A stretch of 64,000 nt of DNA, taken from the NCBI GenBank assembly GCA_963758525.1, contig CAVWVQ010000001.1, forward strand, positions 1 to 64,000, given 5' to 3'. Within the stretch, counting starts at the first letter, position 1. Each line of letters opens with the position of its first letter. The DNA is from an uncultured Phycisphaerales bacterium (GTDB lineage Bacteria > Planctomycetota > Phycisphaerae > Tepidisphaerales > Tepidisphaeraceae). Position numbers and translations under genes: made by a program. The notes under the pieces are model-generated. The model made no database searches and was not told where the DNA came from. It saw only the letters and a list, made by a program, of their open reading frames with translations. Below, one piece after another: positions 1 through 10,191 of this stretch.

Positions 1-206
1 CCGGCCTGCCCGGCCCGCCGCGTGGTGTGCGCGGAGGGCCGGGGCCGCCATCTCGGGCGGTTAGGGCTTGGCATCGCCGGAGGCCGGCGTCTCCGGCGCG
101 GGCGGCGAATCCGGACGGTTCAATGGTGAGGAGGAATCTGACGCAGGACCGCCGGCGGGCGCAGCGGCGTCGGGAACCTGGGCCGGCGGGTTTATACACT
201 GCGGTT

Positions 207-410
207 TTACTTCACTACCGGAGTGCGGATTTCCTGGCTGCCTTCATAAACGGCCAACTCTTCGTGCAACCGGGCGATCATCTTGCGTACGCCGGCTTTG
301 GTAAAACCCTTGGACCCGGCGGGATTGGTTTGCTGAAGGCGGGTGAGGCGGTCGGTTAGATCGCGGAGTTCGGCCTCGGCTTTTTCGTACTCGACGGTTG
401 TCGTGATCAT
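207..410 (-). CDS. Small helical protein (67 aa), possible antitoxin-like partner of the upstream gene
   Basis: Clean ORF MITTTVEYEKAEAELRDL...; start overlaps the stop of the upstream gene (ATGA coupling). Confidence 0.6.
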   Translation of the reverse strand: MITTTVEYEKAEAELRDLTDRLTRLQQTNPAGSKGFTKAGVRKMIARLHEELAVYEGSQEIRTPVVK

Positions 411-607
411 AGCTGAATCTCCACAAGGCCTTTGCGGCGGCCATCAGATTCGCGAGTGCGGGCGAAGAATTCGAACCATTCGATCCAATCTGATTCGTCT
501 TCGGCAGCCAACAACTCCTCGGGCCTGCGAGTGAGCAGCATTTCCTCCAATTCTAGCGCGGACTCATCGCCTTGTTCAATCTGAACGGCGAAATTGACGG
601 GCAGCAG
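407..607 (-). pseudogene. 3' remnant of a gene (possibly DUF6932/nucleotidyltransferase-like), 5' part lost at the MITE
   Basis: Protein-like C-terminus ...WIEWFEFFARTRESDGRRKGLVEIQL; upstream the frame runs directly into the 143-bp element at 608-750. Confidence 0.45.
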
Positions 608-750
608 GGGTGTGGCGCTCGAAAGTGGCGATCGGCTCCGAGTAGGGCGGGATTCATCCCGCCGATTTGTTGGCCGGCTGAGAAAACGGCGGGATGAATC
701 CCGCCCTACGATCGCAAAATCTGCAATCGCCACAAATAAAAGTTACACCC
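608..750. mobile_element. 143-bp MITE, copy 1, with an internal GTAG-type REP doublet
   Basis: Identical to 29697-29839; imperfect terminal inverted repeats GGGTGT-N11-GTGGCGAT; internal GTAGGGCGGGATTCATCCCGCCG / CGGCGGGATGAATCCCGCCCTAC; no target duplication at this copy. Confidence 0.85.
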
Positions 751-777
751 GCGGCACGTAGGGGAAGAAGGGGGGCT

Positions 778-882
778 GTTTAGCCGGCGAGTCCCGGCGC
801 GCCGGGATCCGTGGTACTCCACGGAGTTTCCGGAAATCGTTTTCGCCTGCGGGGACACGGCGGGCATGCCCACCGGCTAAAC
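778..882. repeat. REP-like inverted repeat
   Basis: GTTTAGCCGG ... CCGGCTAAAC with internal GC hairpins. Confidence 0.5.
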
Positions 883-1571
883 GAGGGGGAATCCGCTGAA
901 AGCACGGGTGAGATGAATTGATGGCTTTGTCAACATTCACTTCCTCCTCGATCGGCACAGAGCAACTTCAAAAGTGTGCCAATTCGTGCCATTTCGTGCC
1001 ACTTTACGGGGGGAAGCGGAGGTCGGGGCTTTCTGATTGCAAATTCTTCTGATCGATCGGGGGTTTGTGGTAAAGCGGGTCGAATGCATCAATTCCCACG
1101 GATTGCAATCCGTTGGCTTTTGGAGATTCAGAAGAGACATCGGGCTGCGGCCCAGGCAGCGCAATTCCGGCGGACGGTCCGTCGCCTTCAGGAGACACGC
1201 AATCAAAGTGGATTGCCGTCCGGGCAATCTGCTAGAGACAGTTGGATGAATAACTCATCACGGACAGCGGAGAGCGCCGTCGAGGATTCTCGCGGAAGTC
1301 GAGGAATGGTCCGCACGGCGGCTCGACGCTGTCATCGATTCGAGGCGTACCCAGGAGCCGCCGAGCGGACCCTACGGCTTTGGAACAGACGGAAGCGTTG
1401 TTAGCGGAGAAACCGGAGGCCAATCAATGTCGCACGGGGGCGAGCGAAAAGGATAGCGTGATGCAATCACAACAGATCGGCGTGGACAGCCGCAGGTTCA
1501 GCACCAAGACGCACTCCGATGGACGACGCGCGGAGACCATGGCCGAGCGCGTGGGAATCAAGGAGCGAATG

Positions 1572-1693
1572 GCCACAAAAACACAAAAACACAAAAAGGA
1601 AATCGAGAGGCGATGGGCAACAGCAGAAAGTGAAACCGGAAGCTGCTCTGGTCCCCAGGCTCTCTTTTTTTGTGTCTTTTGCGTTTTTGTGGC
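1572..1693. repeat. Inverted pair of short tandem repeats
   Basis: GCCACAAAAACACAAAAACACAAAAAG and the near-complementary CTTTTTTTGTGTCTTTTGCGTTTTTGTGGC. Confidence 0.7.
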
Positions 1694-2541
1694 AATCACT
1701 CTTTGGGCTGGCGCGGCTGGAGACCGGCGGAGGAGGCGCATGGTAAACAGCAATCGCGCGGGGATGCCGCGTTTTTAGCAAACGGCGAGCAACTGTTGCG
1801 CGCGGTGTCGCGCGGAGCCGGGAAGTATCCCGCGCCATTGCAAGGAGTTGGAGGCCGGATGCGACATGCGGCGCTGCAAAATCTGTCGCGCGATGTCGCA
1901 TGAGTGGGGAGAAGGCACCCGCCGCGGCGGGTAAACTGCGGCACGGAGGGGAGGAGGGGGAACTGTTTGGCGGGCGAGCTTGCTCGCCGTTTGGGGGAGC
2001 GCGCGATGCGTCAAATTCGGCGCGGTGACGACATGCGACGGGCAAAAAAGTGTCGGGAGGAGGTCGGGCACACGGGCAGAGTTGGCCGTCAATGGCGATT
2101 TGCTGCCGCATTCTTCCACAACTCTTTGCGCCGGCGTTTCTTCTCCCGGCGATCCAACTTCTCCCTCGCGGGAGAGTGCGGCAACAGCAGATGTGCGCCT
2201 GCGGCTAAGAGTGCCGCCGCAACGACCAGTGGACGTACGAAGACTTTCAATGTGACTCGATACCACAGCGGATGGGAGGGATTCTGAGACAAAGTGTCAT
2301 TGGTCATGGGTACCGAGCCAGCACCGCAACAGTTGTGCCGTACGCCCAAAAGACCGGTGCGCACGCCAGAACACCCGGTTCGGGGCGTCGCACCGCCAAC
2401 CCGACACCTCGCTCATTTCCATTGCTGCCATGCCCGCACGGAATCCGCGTGGATTGTCCGCTCCCTTCCGCACGGTGGCGGGCGATGATGCAGAAGTTCG
2501 GATGATGCGGAAGCTCGATTGTCTCCTCGGAGGTACACACC

Positions 2542-2706
2542 ATGTCCAGCGTCGCTCGCACTGTATTGTTGGTCGTTCTTATCCTTCTGGTAATTGGCTT
2601 GCTGCCGACCTGGCCTTACAGCTCGGGATTCGGGTATTACCCGAGCGGTGGCTTGGAATTGGTGCTGCTGGTCCTTATCATCTTGCTGGTCTTGGGAAAG
2701 ATCTGA
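2542..2706 (+). CDS. DUF3309-family small membrane protein (54 aa; not in ORF track)
   Basis: Manual translation MSSVARTVLLVVLILLVIGLLPTWPYSSGFGYYPSGGLELVLLVLIILLVLGKI; GGAGG RBS; LPTWPYSxxxGYYPSGG signature. Confidence 0.85.
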   Translation: MSSVARTVLLVVLILLVIGLLPTWPYSSGFGYYPSGGLELVLLVLIILLVLGKI

Positions 2707-2767
2707 TTTCGATTACCGGGCTGGCAGACGCAGTCGCGTCGCGTCCTTTGTGATCGAAGGGAGCGAC

Positions 2768-3421
2768 GTGCGAAAGCTTCAGGCCTGGATCAAGGAGCCG
2801 TTTCCCGCCCTGTCCCATTTTTGTGGCGCGATACTCTCTGCGGTCGCGCTGGTCGCGCTGCTCTTTCACACGCACGGACGACTGCATCTGATCGTCGGCT
2901 TCGCAGTCTACGGCGCGTCGCTGATCGCACTTTACGTGGCCAGCGGGCTGGCGCACGCACTGAACGTCTCGCCCAAAAATTCCGCGCGGCTCGATCGTCT
3001 CGACTACGCAGCGATTTTCCTGCTGATTGCCGGCACCTACACCCCGCTTTGCCTGGTCACGTTGCGCGGCCCGTGGGGCTGGAGCCTGCTCGGCGTGGAA
3101 TGGACGATGGCGGCCGTTGGAATTTCGGTTGTCGTCTTCGGCCGCGGCTCGTCTGACTGGTTTCGCGTTGCGGTGTACTGCGTGATGGGCTGGCTGGCGG
3201 TGATTGCCATCATTCCGCTGACCGCGGCGTTGCCGCCGAGCGGACTGGCGTGGCTGGTCGCCGGCGGATTGTGTTACTCCATCGGCGCCGTGATCTTCGC
3301 CGTCGACCGCCCGCACTTGTGGCCCGGCGTCTTCCATGCCCACGACCTCTGGCACCTCCTGGTGCTCGGCGGGAGCGCCTGCCATTTTCTGGTCGTATTC
3401 TGCTTCGTCGCTCGAGCGTGA
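2768..3421 (+). CDS. Hemolysin III / PAQR family membrane protein
   Basis: EPxxALSH, RLDYAAIFLLIAGTYTP and HDLWHLLVLGG motifs; 7 TM segments. Confidence 0.92.
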   Translation: MRKLQAWIKEPFPALSHFCGAILSAVALVALLFHTHGRLHLIVGFAVYGASLIALYVASGLAHALNVSPKNSARLDRLDYAAIFLLIAGTYTPLCLVTLRGPWGWSLLGVEWTMAAVGISVVVFGRGSSDWFRVAVYCVMGWLAVIAIIPLTAALPPSGLAWLVAGGLCYSIGAVIFAVDRPHLWPGVFHAHDLWHLLVLGGSACHFLVVFCFVARA

Positions 3422-3612
3422 TGAAGCGATCGACATTCTCGGACCTTTGGTGCCCCTTGCCGACGGAGTTGATGGACGTCGTCGGCACAAAGCCCCCCGT
3501 CGCCCGCCTCGCGTGCCTTCCGGCTGCATTTGCGGGTCTGCAGACGTAAACCCGCTGCGATCCCGAGACGAATCTCTTGCGGTTGCAGTAGCCGGATGGG
3601 TCGGAGGATGCG

Positions 3613-4122
3613 ATGGAAATCTACGACAAAGCGCGAATCGCTCAGTTGGCAGCGAAGCTCAGGCTGAACGCGCTGAACGGAAATATCGCCAACGGCTCGA
3701 CGCCCGGCGCCTCGGTCAGACCGCAGAAACAGAATCTCGCGCGCTCATCGCCTGCGTCGACCGGCGCGGTCGGGACCCCGGCGCGTAAATCACCGGTCAC
3801 CTTGCCGCCGACCTACTCGAAGCTGAAGATTGACGTTGACGAATTGATCCCGCACCTCTCCAACGCGCGCGAGCTGTACACGGCCAAGTCCGCGGTCAGC
3901 AAAACGGCAAACCAGCTTTACGGAACCATGGTCGATGTGATCGAGGACAGCGGCGACATGGAGGACTGCATGCTCGAGGACGATGCGGCGATGATCGAGG
4001 AAGGGGACATGGAACTCGAAGCAGAGGCGCTGCGCCAGGGCGAAGGAGACTCCGACGGCGACGACGAAAACTCCGGCCAGACCAGCGCTGTCGCGGGATC
4101 GGAGCTCGACGCCAGCGCGTAG
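3613..4122 (+). CDS. Hypothetical protein with acidic C-terminal tail
   Basis: GGAGG RBS, 169-aa ORF, coding-like composition. Confidence 0.65.
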   Translation: MEIYDKARIAQLAAKLRLNALNGNIANGSTPGASVRPQKQNLARSSPASTGAVGTPARKSPVTLPPTYSKLKIDVDELIPHLSNARELYTAKSAVSKTANQLYGTMVDVIEDSGDMEDCMLEDDAAMIEEGDMELEAEALRQGEGDSDGDDENSGQTSAVAGSELDASA

Positions 4123-4139
4123 CTCTGCTTCTGTTGTTC

Positions 4140-4538
4140 CTACTTCTCTTCTTCGATCGCCGGCGCTGATTCGGTGATGACCGACTCCACCGCGCCGACG
4201 ACTGCGCCGGTGGCGGTCGCCACCGCGTGGGTAACGGTTTCGGCGGCTTCGCCTACTGCCTCGCCCACGGTGTACGCCTGCTCCTTGATCTGCTCCACTA
4301 CCTGGCGGGCGACGGCGGGGGCGCGCTTCGCTTTGCGCATCACGCTGCGCGATGCGGACTTCACGGCCTTGACCGTCTTACTCATCCTCTTGGCGGCTTT
4401 CGCCACGGTTTTTTTGGCCGGGGTCTTTTTCATGACCTTGGACTTCTTCAAGTCCTTCACGGCTGTCTTGGCTTTGGCCTTGACGGCTTTCTTGACTGCT
4501 TTGACAGCGGGCTTTTTCTTCTGCGGTTTCTTTGCCAT
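4140..4538 (-). CDS. Lys/Ala-rich histone H1-like protein
   Basis: MAKKPQKKKPAVKAVKKAVKAKAK... basic N-terminus with acidic C-terminus; AGGAAG RBS. Confidence 0.7.
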   Translation of the reverse strand: MAKKPQKKKPAVKAVKKAVKAKAKTAVKDLKKSKVMKKTPAKKTVAKAAKRMSKTVKAVKSASRSVMRKAKRAPAVARQVVEQIKEQAYTVGEAVGEAAETVTHAVATATGAVVGAVESVITESAPAIEEEK

Positions 4539-4749
4539 GCGGGTCTTCCTTTCGTTGAGTCTGGTTATTTGTAACCGAAGTCAGCCCTGAAGCGGAGCGC
4601 AGTGCAGAATTTCAACAGGAATCTCCCGGATGTAGACTACATGACTCGCGCGAGTACGCGCTCGTGCTGGCGCATCGCTGCCCTTGGGGGCAGCCGCTAA
4701 AAGGTTCTGGGACTGGGAAGCGCAGTTGCGCAAGGTCATATTCGTCTTG

Positions 4750-6545
4750 ATGCGCTGTTCTCCTCAACGCCGGGCATTGGCGCTCGCTCTCCTGCTGGCG
4801 GTGCCTTTTCTCTTTCTCGGCCAGACGTGGGGGTTACCCAGTCGGGCCGCTGATCCTTATCTGTTCGGCAGCAACTCTCCCTGGTCTGGAGCGACCATAC
4901 TGCGGCTTTCGGGGGGATGGCCGGCTGATCCCGCCCGCGGAGCTGACGTCGCGGTCGACCCGCTGACAGGCCGCGATCGACCGCTCATTCTCAACCAAAC
5001 TGACGCTGCTCGCGCCAAACTTCTGCTTCGCTACCGTCTCTACAGCGAGCAGCCCGACGAAGCCAGCACATTTCGCGCTCTGGGCGGCATGCACCCCGGC
5101 CACGGCCCGCGCGGCGGGCTGGATCCCCGCCTCTATCAATACGGAGGGCTGTGGCTCTACCCGATCGGCATCCTGCTGAAGGTGTTGCCCGTGACGGTGC
5201 GGTCCGATGTCGCCTGGTACCTGGATCATCCCGAAGCGTTCGGCCGGTTCTACGTGATCGCCCGCTGCTACTCCGCCGCCTGGGGACTGCTGGGCGTCGC
5301 GGTCGTCTTTCAACTCGTGCGGCGCATCTGCGGCGGCTGGGCGTTTCCCTTCGCGGCCGGCATGCTCTTCGCGATGCTGCCCGTCGTCGTGAATCAATCG
5401 CACGAGGGCAAGCCGCACCTGGCGGGAGCAGTGCTGATGCTGTGTGCAGCACTGGCCGGATCCGTCTACGTCGAAACCGGGAAGCGCGCCGCCGCGGTGT
5501 CCGCCGGGGCTCTCTGCGGCGCTGCGACGGGCATGATCCTTTCGACGTATCCCATCTTCATCATCTTGCCTGTCATGTCCGTGCTGCGCCGGCAATCGGC
5601 GCGCAATGGCGTGCGCGAAATCCCGGACCAGAATCCTACTGTGTCGGCGCGGTTGCAGTCGCAGTCTGGAAGCTTTCACCACCAACCGCCGGCCGAAAAT
5701 TCGCGCACGCCGCTGTGGGGAATCGCTGTTCCCCTGGCGGTGGCGCTCTGCGTCTACATCGCGACCAATCCGTATGTCGCCATCAATCTGATCTGCAATC
5801 GCGAAGTGTTGCGCTCCAACCTTGGCACTTCCGCGGCGATGTATCACACGGGATTATCCCTCTCATCATTGCGGAATGCAGCGCTGCTGATCGCGAACGG
5901 AGCCGGTGCACTGACAGCGCTGGGGGGCGCGATCGGCATGGCTCTTCTCGCGCCGCGCAGGCGCAGATGTGGACAAGACCCGACGTGATGGAAACGCGCC
6001 GCCGCGCCACCGGCCTCCTGCTCGCGCTGCCCGCCATCTGGATCGCGGTTCAATTCCTTGTTTTCGCCACCGGCAAGCCGGGCGAATACGGCAGATTCGC
6101 GCTCTACGTCGACATTGTCCTGGCCATCGAAGCGCTTGCCGCAGTCCAGACCTTCGCGCGTTCACGCGCATCGCAACTGGCTCTCGTTACGATCCTTCTC
6201 CTGTCCAGCGGGCTGCTTGGGATGCGCTATCTCGCGGGATTCATTCGCGATTCCGGCACGGCCAACTCGCGCCTCGCCGCGGCGCGAATCCTTGCTGATT
6301 CGCATCGGCAAGGGAAGCATGTTCTGCGGATCGCTGATGAACCCGCGCCATATTGTCTTCCGCCGGTCGATCTGTTTTCCTGGCAAATCGAACTCGCCCC
6401 GCGCGGCCAATCGCTCGCACTACAGAGTGCTGACGATGTTTCGGTGAGACCCGTTGAGGACGACCGTCTGCTTGCGGCATTGACCGCGACCCGCATCAGT
6501 TGGGCCGATAAGCAGTTCGAGATCCGATCATCATTGCCGCATTGA
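4750..6545 (+). CDS. GT-C / family 39-like membrane glycosyltransferase (frameshift near 5960)
   Basis: WGLP...QPDE luminal motif, multiple TM helices; N-part in ORF 4684-5988 continues in frame of 5151-6545. Confidence 0.7.
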
Positions 6546-6688
6546 TGGTCTGACGCGATTGCGCAGCACAGCGGAACGGCGCCGCCTTGGGTGCGGGGCT
6601 TGGGAATGCGGCTCACCGCGGTTTTGTCAGCAGGCGCATTGCCCGCCGCGGCGCTACAATCACGTCTGGTCATGCAGAAAGGATATTT

Positions 6689-6925
6689 ATGCTGCGCACG
6701 ACAACAGTGACGTTCCCCGAACTCACGCAGATCGCCGCCACGCGTGTGATGCTCGGTGTCGGCGTTGGACTGCTTTTGTCTGATTATCTTCGGCCCGAGC
6801 ACCGTCGCCCGGCCGGCTGGACGCTGTTTGCCGTTGGCGTTCTCTCGACCATTCCCCTGGCAGCGATGGCGATTTCCCGGTCCGGCGGCCAGGCGCACCC
6901 ATTCATTGACGAGGCAGCGCGATGA
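6689..6925 (+). CDS. Small membrane protein
   Basis: MLRTTTVTFPELTQIAATRVMLGVGVGLLL...; AAAGGA RBS; two hydrophobic segments. Confidence 0.7.
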   Translation: MLRTTTVTFPELTQIAATRVMLGVGVGLLLSDYLRPEHRRPAGWTLFAVGVLSTIPLAAMAISRSGGQAHPFIDEAAR

Positions 6926-7074
6926 TCCGCAAACTTCCCTCCGGCGGCTATCGCCTCTACTCGCGGAAGAAAAATCCCAAGACCGGCAAGCGCCGAAACC
7001 TCGGCACGTTCAAGTCGCTTGCCGCGGCGCAGAAGCATGAGAAGGCGGTTCAGTATTTCAAGCGCAGCGGCTAA
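6922..7074 (+). CDS. Small basic conserved hypothetical protein (50 aa; not in ORF track)
   Basis: Manual translation MIRKLPSGGYRLYSRKKNPKTGKRRNLGTFKSLAAAQKHEKAVQYFKRSG; ATGA overlap with the upstream gene. Confidence 0.75.
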   Translation: MIRKLPSGGYRLYSRKKNPKTGKRRNLGTFKSLAAAQKHEKAVQYFKRSG

Positions 7075-7144
7075 CGGATTCGCACCGCTGCGTACGCGGG
7101 AAAGATTCCATCTGCGGAAATCGCGTCAATGTCATCGACCGCGC

Positions 7145-8761
7145 TCAGACGAATGCCAGGTCGGCAACCCGATGGCGGGTCCTGGCGGCGAGATAAATCT
7201 CGGCCAGGGGACGCTGGCCGTCCCAGGTGTTCCAGAGAATGACGCGCTGCCGGTCGGGGGAGACGGCGGCGACGAGCGACGCGGAGGCGGCGACAATGCG
7301 CAGCCCGCGATGAGGGCTGACGTATTCGGTGACGACTTGATCGTCGAGGCCGACGCAGGCGATCGCGCCGTCTTCAGAGGCCAACAGCAGGCGCTGACTG
7401 TCCATCCAGGGGACGGCTGCCGTCGCGCGGATGCGAATCGGGCGATGCTGCAGCAACTGGATTAGTCCCGGCGAGCGACGATCGAGCCGGGAGATCGTGC
7501 CGTCTTCACGGACGATCAACAAACTATCGGTTTCGGGGATAATGCCGACGATTTCCGAGCGGGAATCGTCGGCGGCAACCGGCGCGATTGACTGGCCGTC
7601 CCAGGTGAACAGATCGGCTCCGGCGCAGAAAAGCATGCGACGGTCGTCCAGGATGCAAAGGTGCTTTGGCCCGCGACTGCTCGAGATGCTGCCGGTCGAA
7701 TTTGTTGTCGGTCCCGTGAAGGGGGCAGCAAGGAATTGCGCAGGCGGCACGATCCGGGCGGGCGCGGCGCCGTTGTTGGTATCCCATTGCACGAGGCCGG
7801 CCTCACTGTGCGTGCCGGCGAACGTCCGTCCGTCATTGCCGGCGATGATGCGGTTGAACCCAAGCGAGGATTCGAGCGCGGGGAAGACGTAAGCGCGCGG
7901 TTTGGAAATGTCCGTGGGCTCTGCTGCAAAGAAGCCGCGTTGAGCGCCCAGGAGCAGCGTTGTCTTGCCGTCGATGGTGGCGGACTGCACGCTGCGGAGG
8001 GGGCCCAGGTCTGATGGAAGCGGGAAAAGGTCGGGGGCGTGTGTTGGATCTGCCGAGTCGATCCTCGCCAGGGTATTGCCGGCGACGATCCAGAGGCAAT
8101 GCGCGTCCGCCTCGCCGCCGCGTGCTGCTGCAAGCTGCAGGGTGCGCAGCATCGTGCCGCGATCGGCTGGGCTGATCTGATCGAGAACGCGGCCCGCAGA
8201 AAGCTCCGGAGCCGAGCGTCGAATCGCTTCGAAGCGCTTGAGCAGATCGGCGGCACGCTCGAGGTGCTCAATCTCGCCGGTTCGCTGTTGCTCGATCAGG
8301 GTTTGCTGCATCGAACGGAGTTTTTGCCGTTGAAAGCTTTCGCTCTGGAACTCGAAAGCGAACGGAGCCAGCATCTCGAGCCCGCAGGCAAATGCGACCG
8401 GTCTGGCGGCGGCCTTGAGTGCGGCGAGCAGGGCTTCGCGTGCGTTGCTGTCGGGGGCGAGCAGCGCCGGGGCCGGAAACTGTTGCGCGGCTTCGGCCGC
8501 GGCGGATTGCAACGCCGGCATGAAATGCAGGGCAATGTCATCCTGGGTCAGTACGGCGCGGTCGGCCAGCAGAACTTCAGCCAGCATGCGGCGTTCGATA
8601 TCCTCCTGCACGGCGCACACGCTGGCAGTGAACACGCAGGTGACATCGTGAGAGTCGGAGGTGGTCAATCCCTTGAATGTCCAGCGGACGCGCATGGCGG
8701 CGTCTCGCAGCTCAAAGCCGCTTGAATCCAGACGGGCGAGCTCGTGCGATTGAAGAGCCAT
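7145..8761 (-). CDS. Hypothetical protein, possible SPFH-like N-domain plus WD40-like beta-propeller
   Basis: 538 aa; C-half has propeller-like repeats (GTHSEAGLVQWD, LLLASEDGAIACV, AVSPDRQRVILWN). Confidence 0.65.
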   Translation of the reverse strand: MALQSHELARLDSSGFELRDAAMRVRWTFKGLTTSDSHDVTCVFTASVCAVQEDIERRMLAEVLLADRAVLTQDDIALHFMPALQSAAAEAAQQFPAPALLAPDSNAREALLAALKAAARPVAFACGLEMLAPFAFEFQSESFQRQKLRSMQQTLIEQQRTGEIEHLERAADLLKRFEAIRRSAPELSAGRVLDQISPADRGTMLRTLQLAAARGGEADAHCLWIVAGNTLARIDSADPTHAPDLFPLPSDLGPLRSVQSATIDGKTTLLLGAQRGFFAAEPTDISKPRAYVFPALESSLGFNRIIAGNDGRTFAGTHSEAGLVQWDTNNGAAPARIVPPAQFLAAPFTGPTTNSTGSISSSRGPKHLCILDDRRMLFCAGADLFTWDGQSIAPVAADDSRSEIVGIIPETDSLLIVREDGTISRLDRRSPGLIQLLQHRPIRIRATAAVPWMDSQRLLLASEDGAIACVGLDDQVVTEYVSPHRGLRIVAASASLVAAVSPDRQRVILWNTWDGQRPLAEIYLAARTRHRVADLAFV

Positions 8762-8763
8762 TG

Positions 8764-9948
8764 TTATTGCGGCGAGCGGACGACCGCTGCCGGGACGGAC
8801 AAACGCTCCTTATCATATCCAACGTTGTGGTGCGAGATGGGCATATAAAAGAACGTGATGGATAGAATCGCATAAACGCCCAGGAGCATGACGCCCTCGA
8901 ACCAGTTGGTGTCGCCGTTGATGCCCAGAACGATCACCACCGCGACGGAAAGCAACACCGCGGCAACCTCCATCGGGGAGAAGATCAGGTCCATTCGGTT
9001 CCCCTGAGCGGTCCCGGAAAGCAGCGACCCGAAGATGACCATGACCGGAGTGGCGAACAGCGCGATCTGCAGGCTGCTTTGGTATGTGATGGTCATGGCG
9101 GTTTCCATGTCATTCCGCAGCGCCAGGAAGATCGCTGTGGAATGCTCCGAGGCGTTGCCGACGACCGCGATGACGACAATTCCGACGAAGACCTCGTTCC
9201 AGTGCAGCGACTGAGCCATCTGCTCGACCGTGCCTGTCAGCAGTTCCGACGCGATACCAACAAAGACCGATGCGACGCTCAGGATGACAACGCTTTTGCA
9301 AATCGTCCACGCGGGATGCAGTCTCGAGATTCCGGCTGGTCCTTCGTCGCTGTCGGCGGGCGCTGGAGAGAAGATATGCGCATGCGTTTTGAGCGTGAAA
9401 ATCAGCCCCAGCGCATAGACGGCAAGCAGGATGATGCTTGCGCCGATCGACAGGCTCATCTCGTGATCCAGCAGTTGGGGGTCGCGGCCTTGAAAACTGA
9501 AGTGGAAGATGGCGGGAAAGAGCATTGCCGAAACGGCGACAGCGAGCAGGCCGGCATTGGTCTGGGCGGCGGCGCGCGAGTAGGCCTGCCGCTCCCGCTT
9601 CCAACCTCCGACAACCATTGCGCCGCCGGCCACCAGCAGGAGGTTCCCGAGAATGGATCCGGTGAGGGAGGCTTTGACCACCTCGGTAAGTCCCTTGGTA
9701 AGCCCGACGAAACCGATGATCAGCTCGCACGCATTGCCGAAGGTCGCATTGAGCAGGCCGCCCCAGGTCGGCCCGGCCCGCTCGGCGAGTTGTTCGGTGG
9801 CGATGCCAATCAACCTTGCCAGTGGGATGATGGATATTGCGGACAGCAGAAACGTGATCCCTGGCTCCCACGATCGGCCCGTCGCGCGATAATGAACGGC
9901 AAAGGCCGCCGGCAGGCAGAGATACGCCGATCTGAAGAACCATTTCAT
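8764..9948 (-). CDS. cax: Calcium/proton exchanger (CAX/ChaA family)
   Basis: GGLLNATFGNACE, GSILGNLLL, VGNASEH and SSLQIALF alpha-repeat motifs. Confidence 0.93.
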   Translation of the reverse strand: MKWFFRSAYLCLPAAFAVHYRATGRSWEPGITFLLSAISIIPLARLIGIATEQLAERAGPTWGGLLNATFGNACELIIGFVGLTKGLTEVVKASLTGSILGNLLLVAGGAMVVGGWKRERQAYSRAAAQTNAGLLAVAVSAMLFPAIFHFSFQGRDPQLLDHEMSLSIGASIILLAVYALGLIFTLKTHAHIFSPAPADSDEGPAGISRLHPAWTICKSVVILSVASVFVGIASELLTGTVEQMAQSLHWNEVFVGIVVIAVVGNASEHSTAIFLALRNDMETAMTITYQSSLQIALFATPVMVIFGSLLSGTAQGNRMDLIFSPMEVAAVLLSVAVVIVLGINGDTNWFEGVMLLGVYAILSITFFYMPISHHNVGYDKERLSVPAAVVRSPQ

Positions 9949-9997
9949 CGCCGGGGATTGTGGGGCGTGCGGGAAGGATCGTCAAACGGAAGGGGGA

Positions 9998-10062
9998 AGG
10001 CACGGAGGCACGAAGGGAGGGAATTGCAAATTGCAAATTGGGGAATTGCAAATTGCAAATTG
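9998..10062. repeat. Short tandem repeats (heptamer AATTGCA; GGCACG[AG]AGG)
   Basis: gaattgcaaattgcaaattggggaattgcaaattgcaaattg in an intergenic region. Confidence 0.7.
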
Positions 10063-10191
10063 AGGGAGGGCAGGTTCGCTGCCCTCACCGGGTGTTGTTC
10101 CGAAAAGAGATGCGATTGGGCCCTTGGACATTTCTGTTCTGAAGAAACGGGCGATGCATGGATATAATTCGTTCAAGCAGTGGATTGCGTC

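Noticed and set aside
960..2540. Many overlapping ORFs or a possible ncRNA in a long gene-poor stretch
   Set aside because: Translations are Arg/Pro/Ser-rich with no motifs; short repeats (GTGCCA, TGCGACA) but no convincing structure
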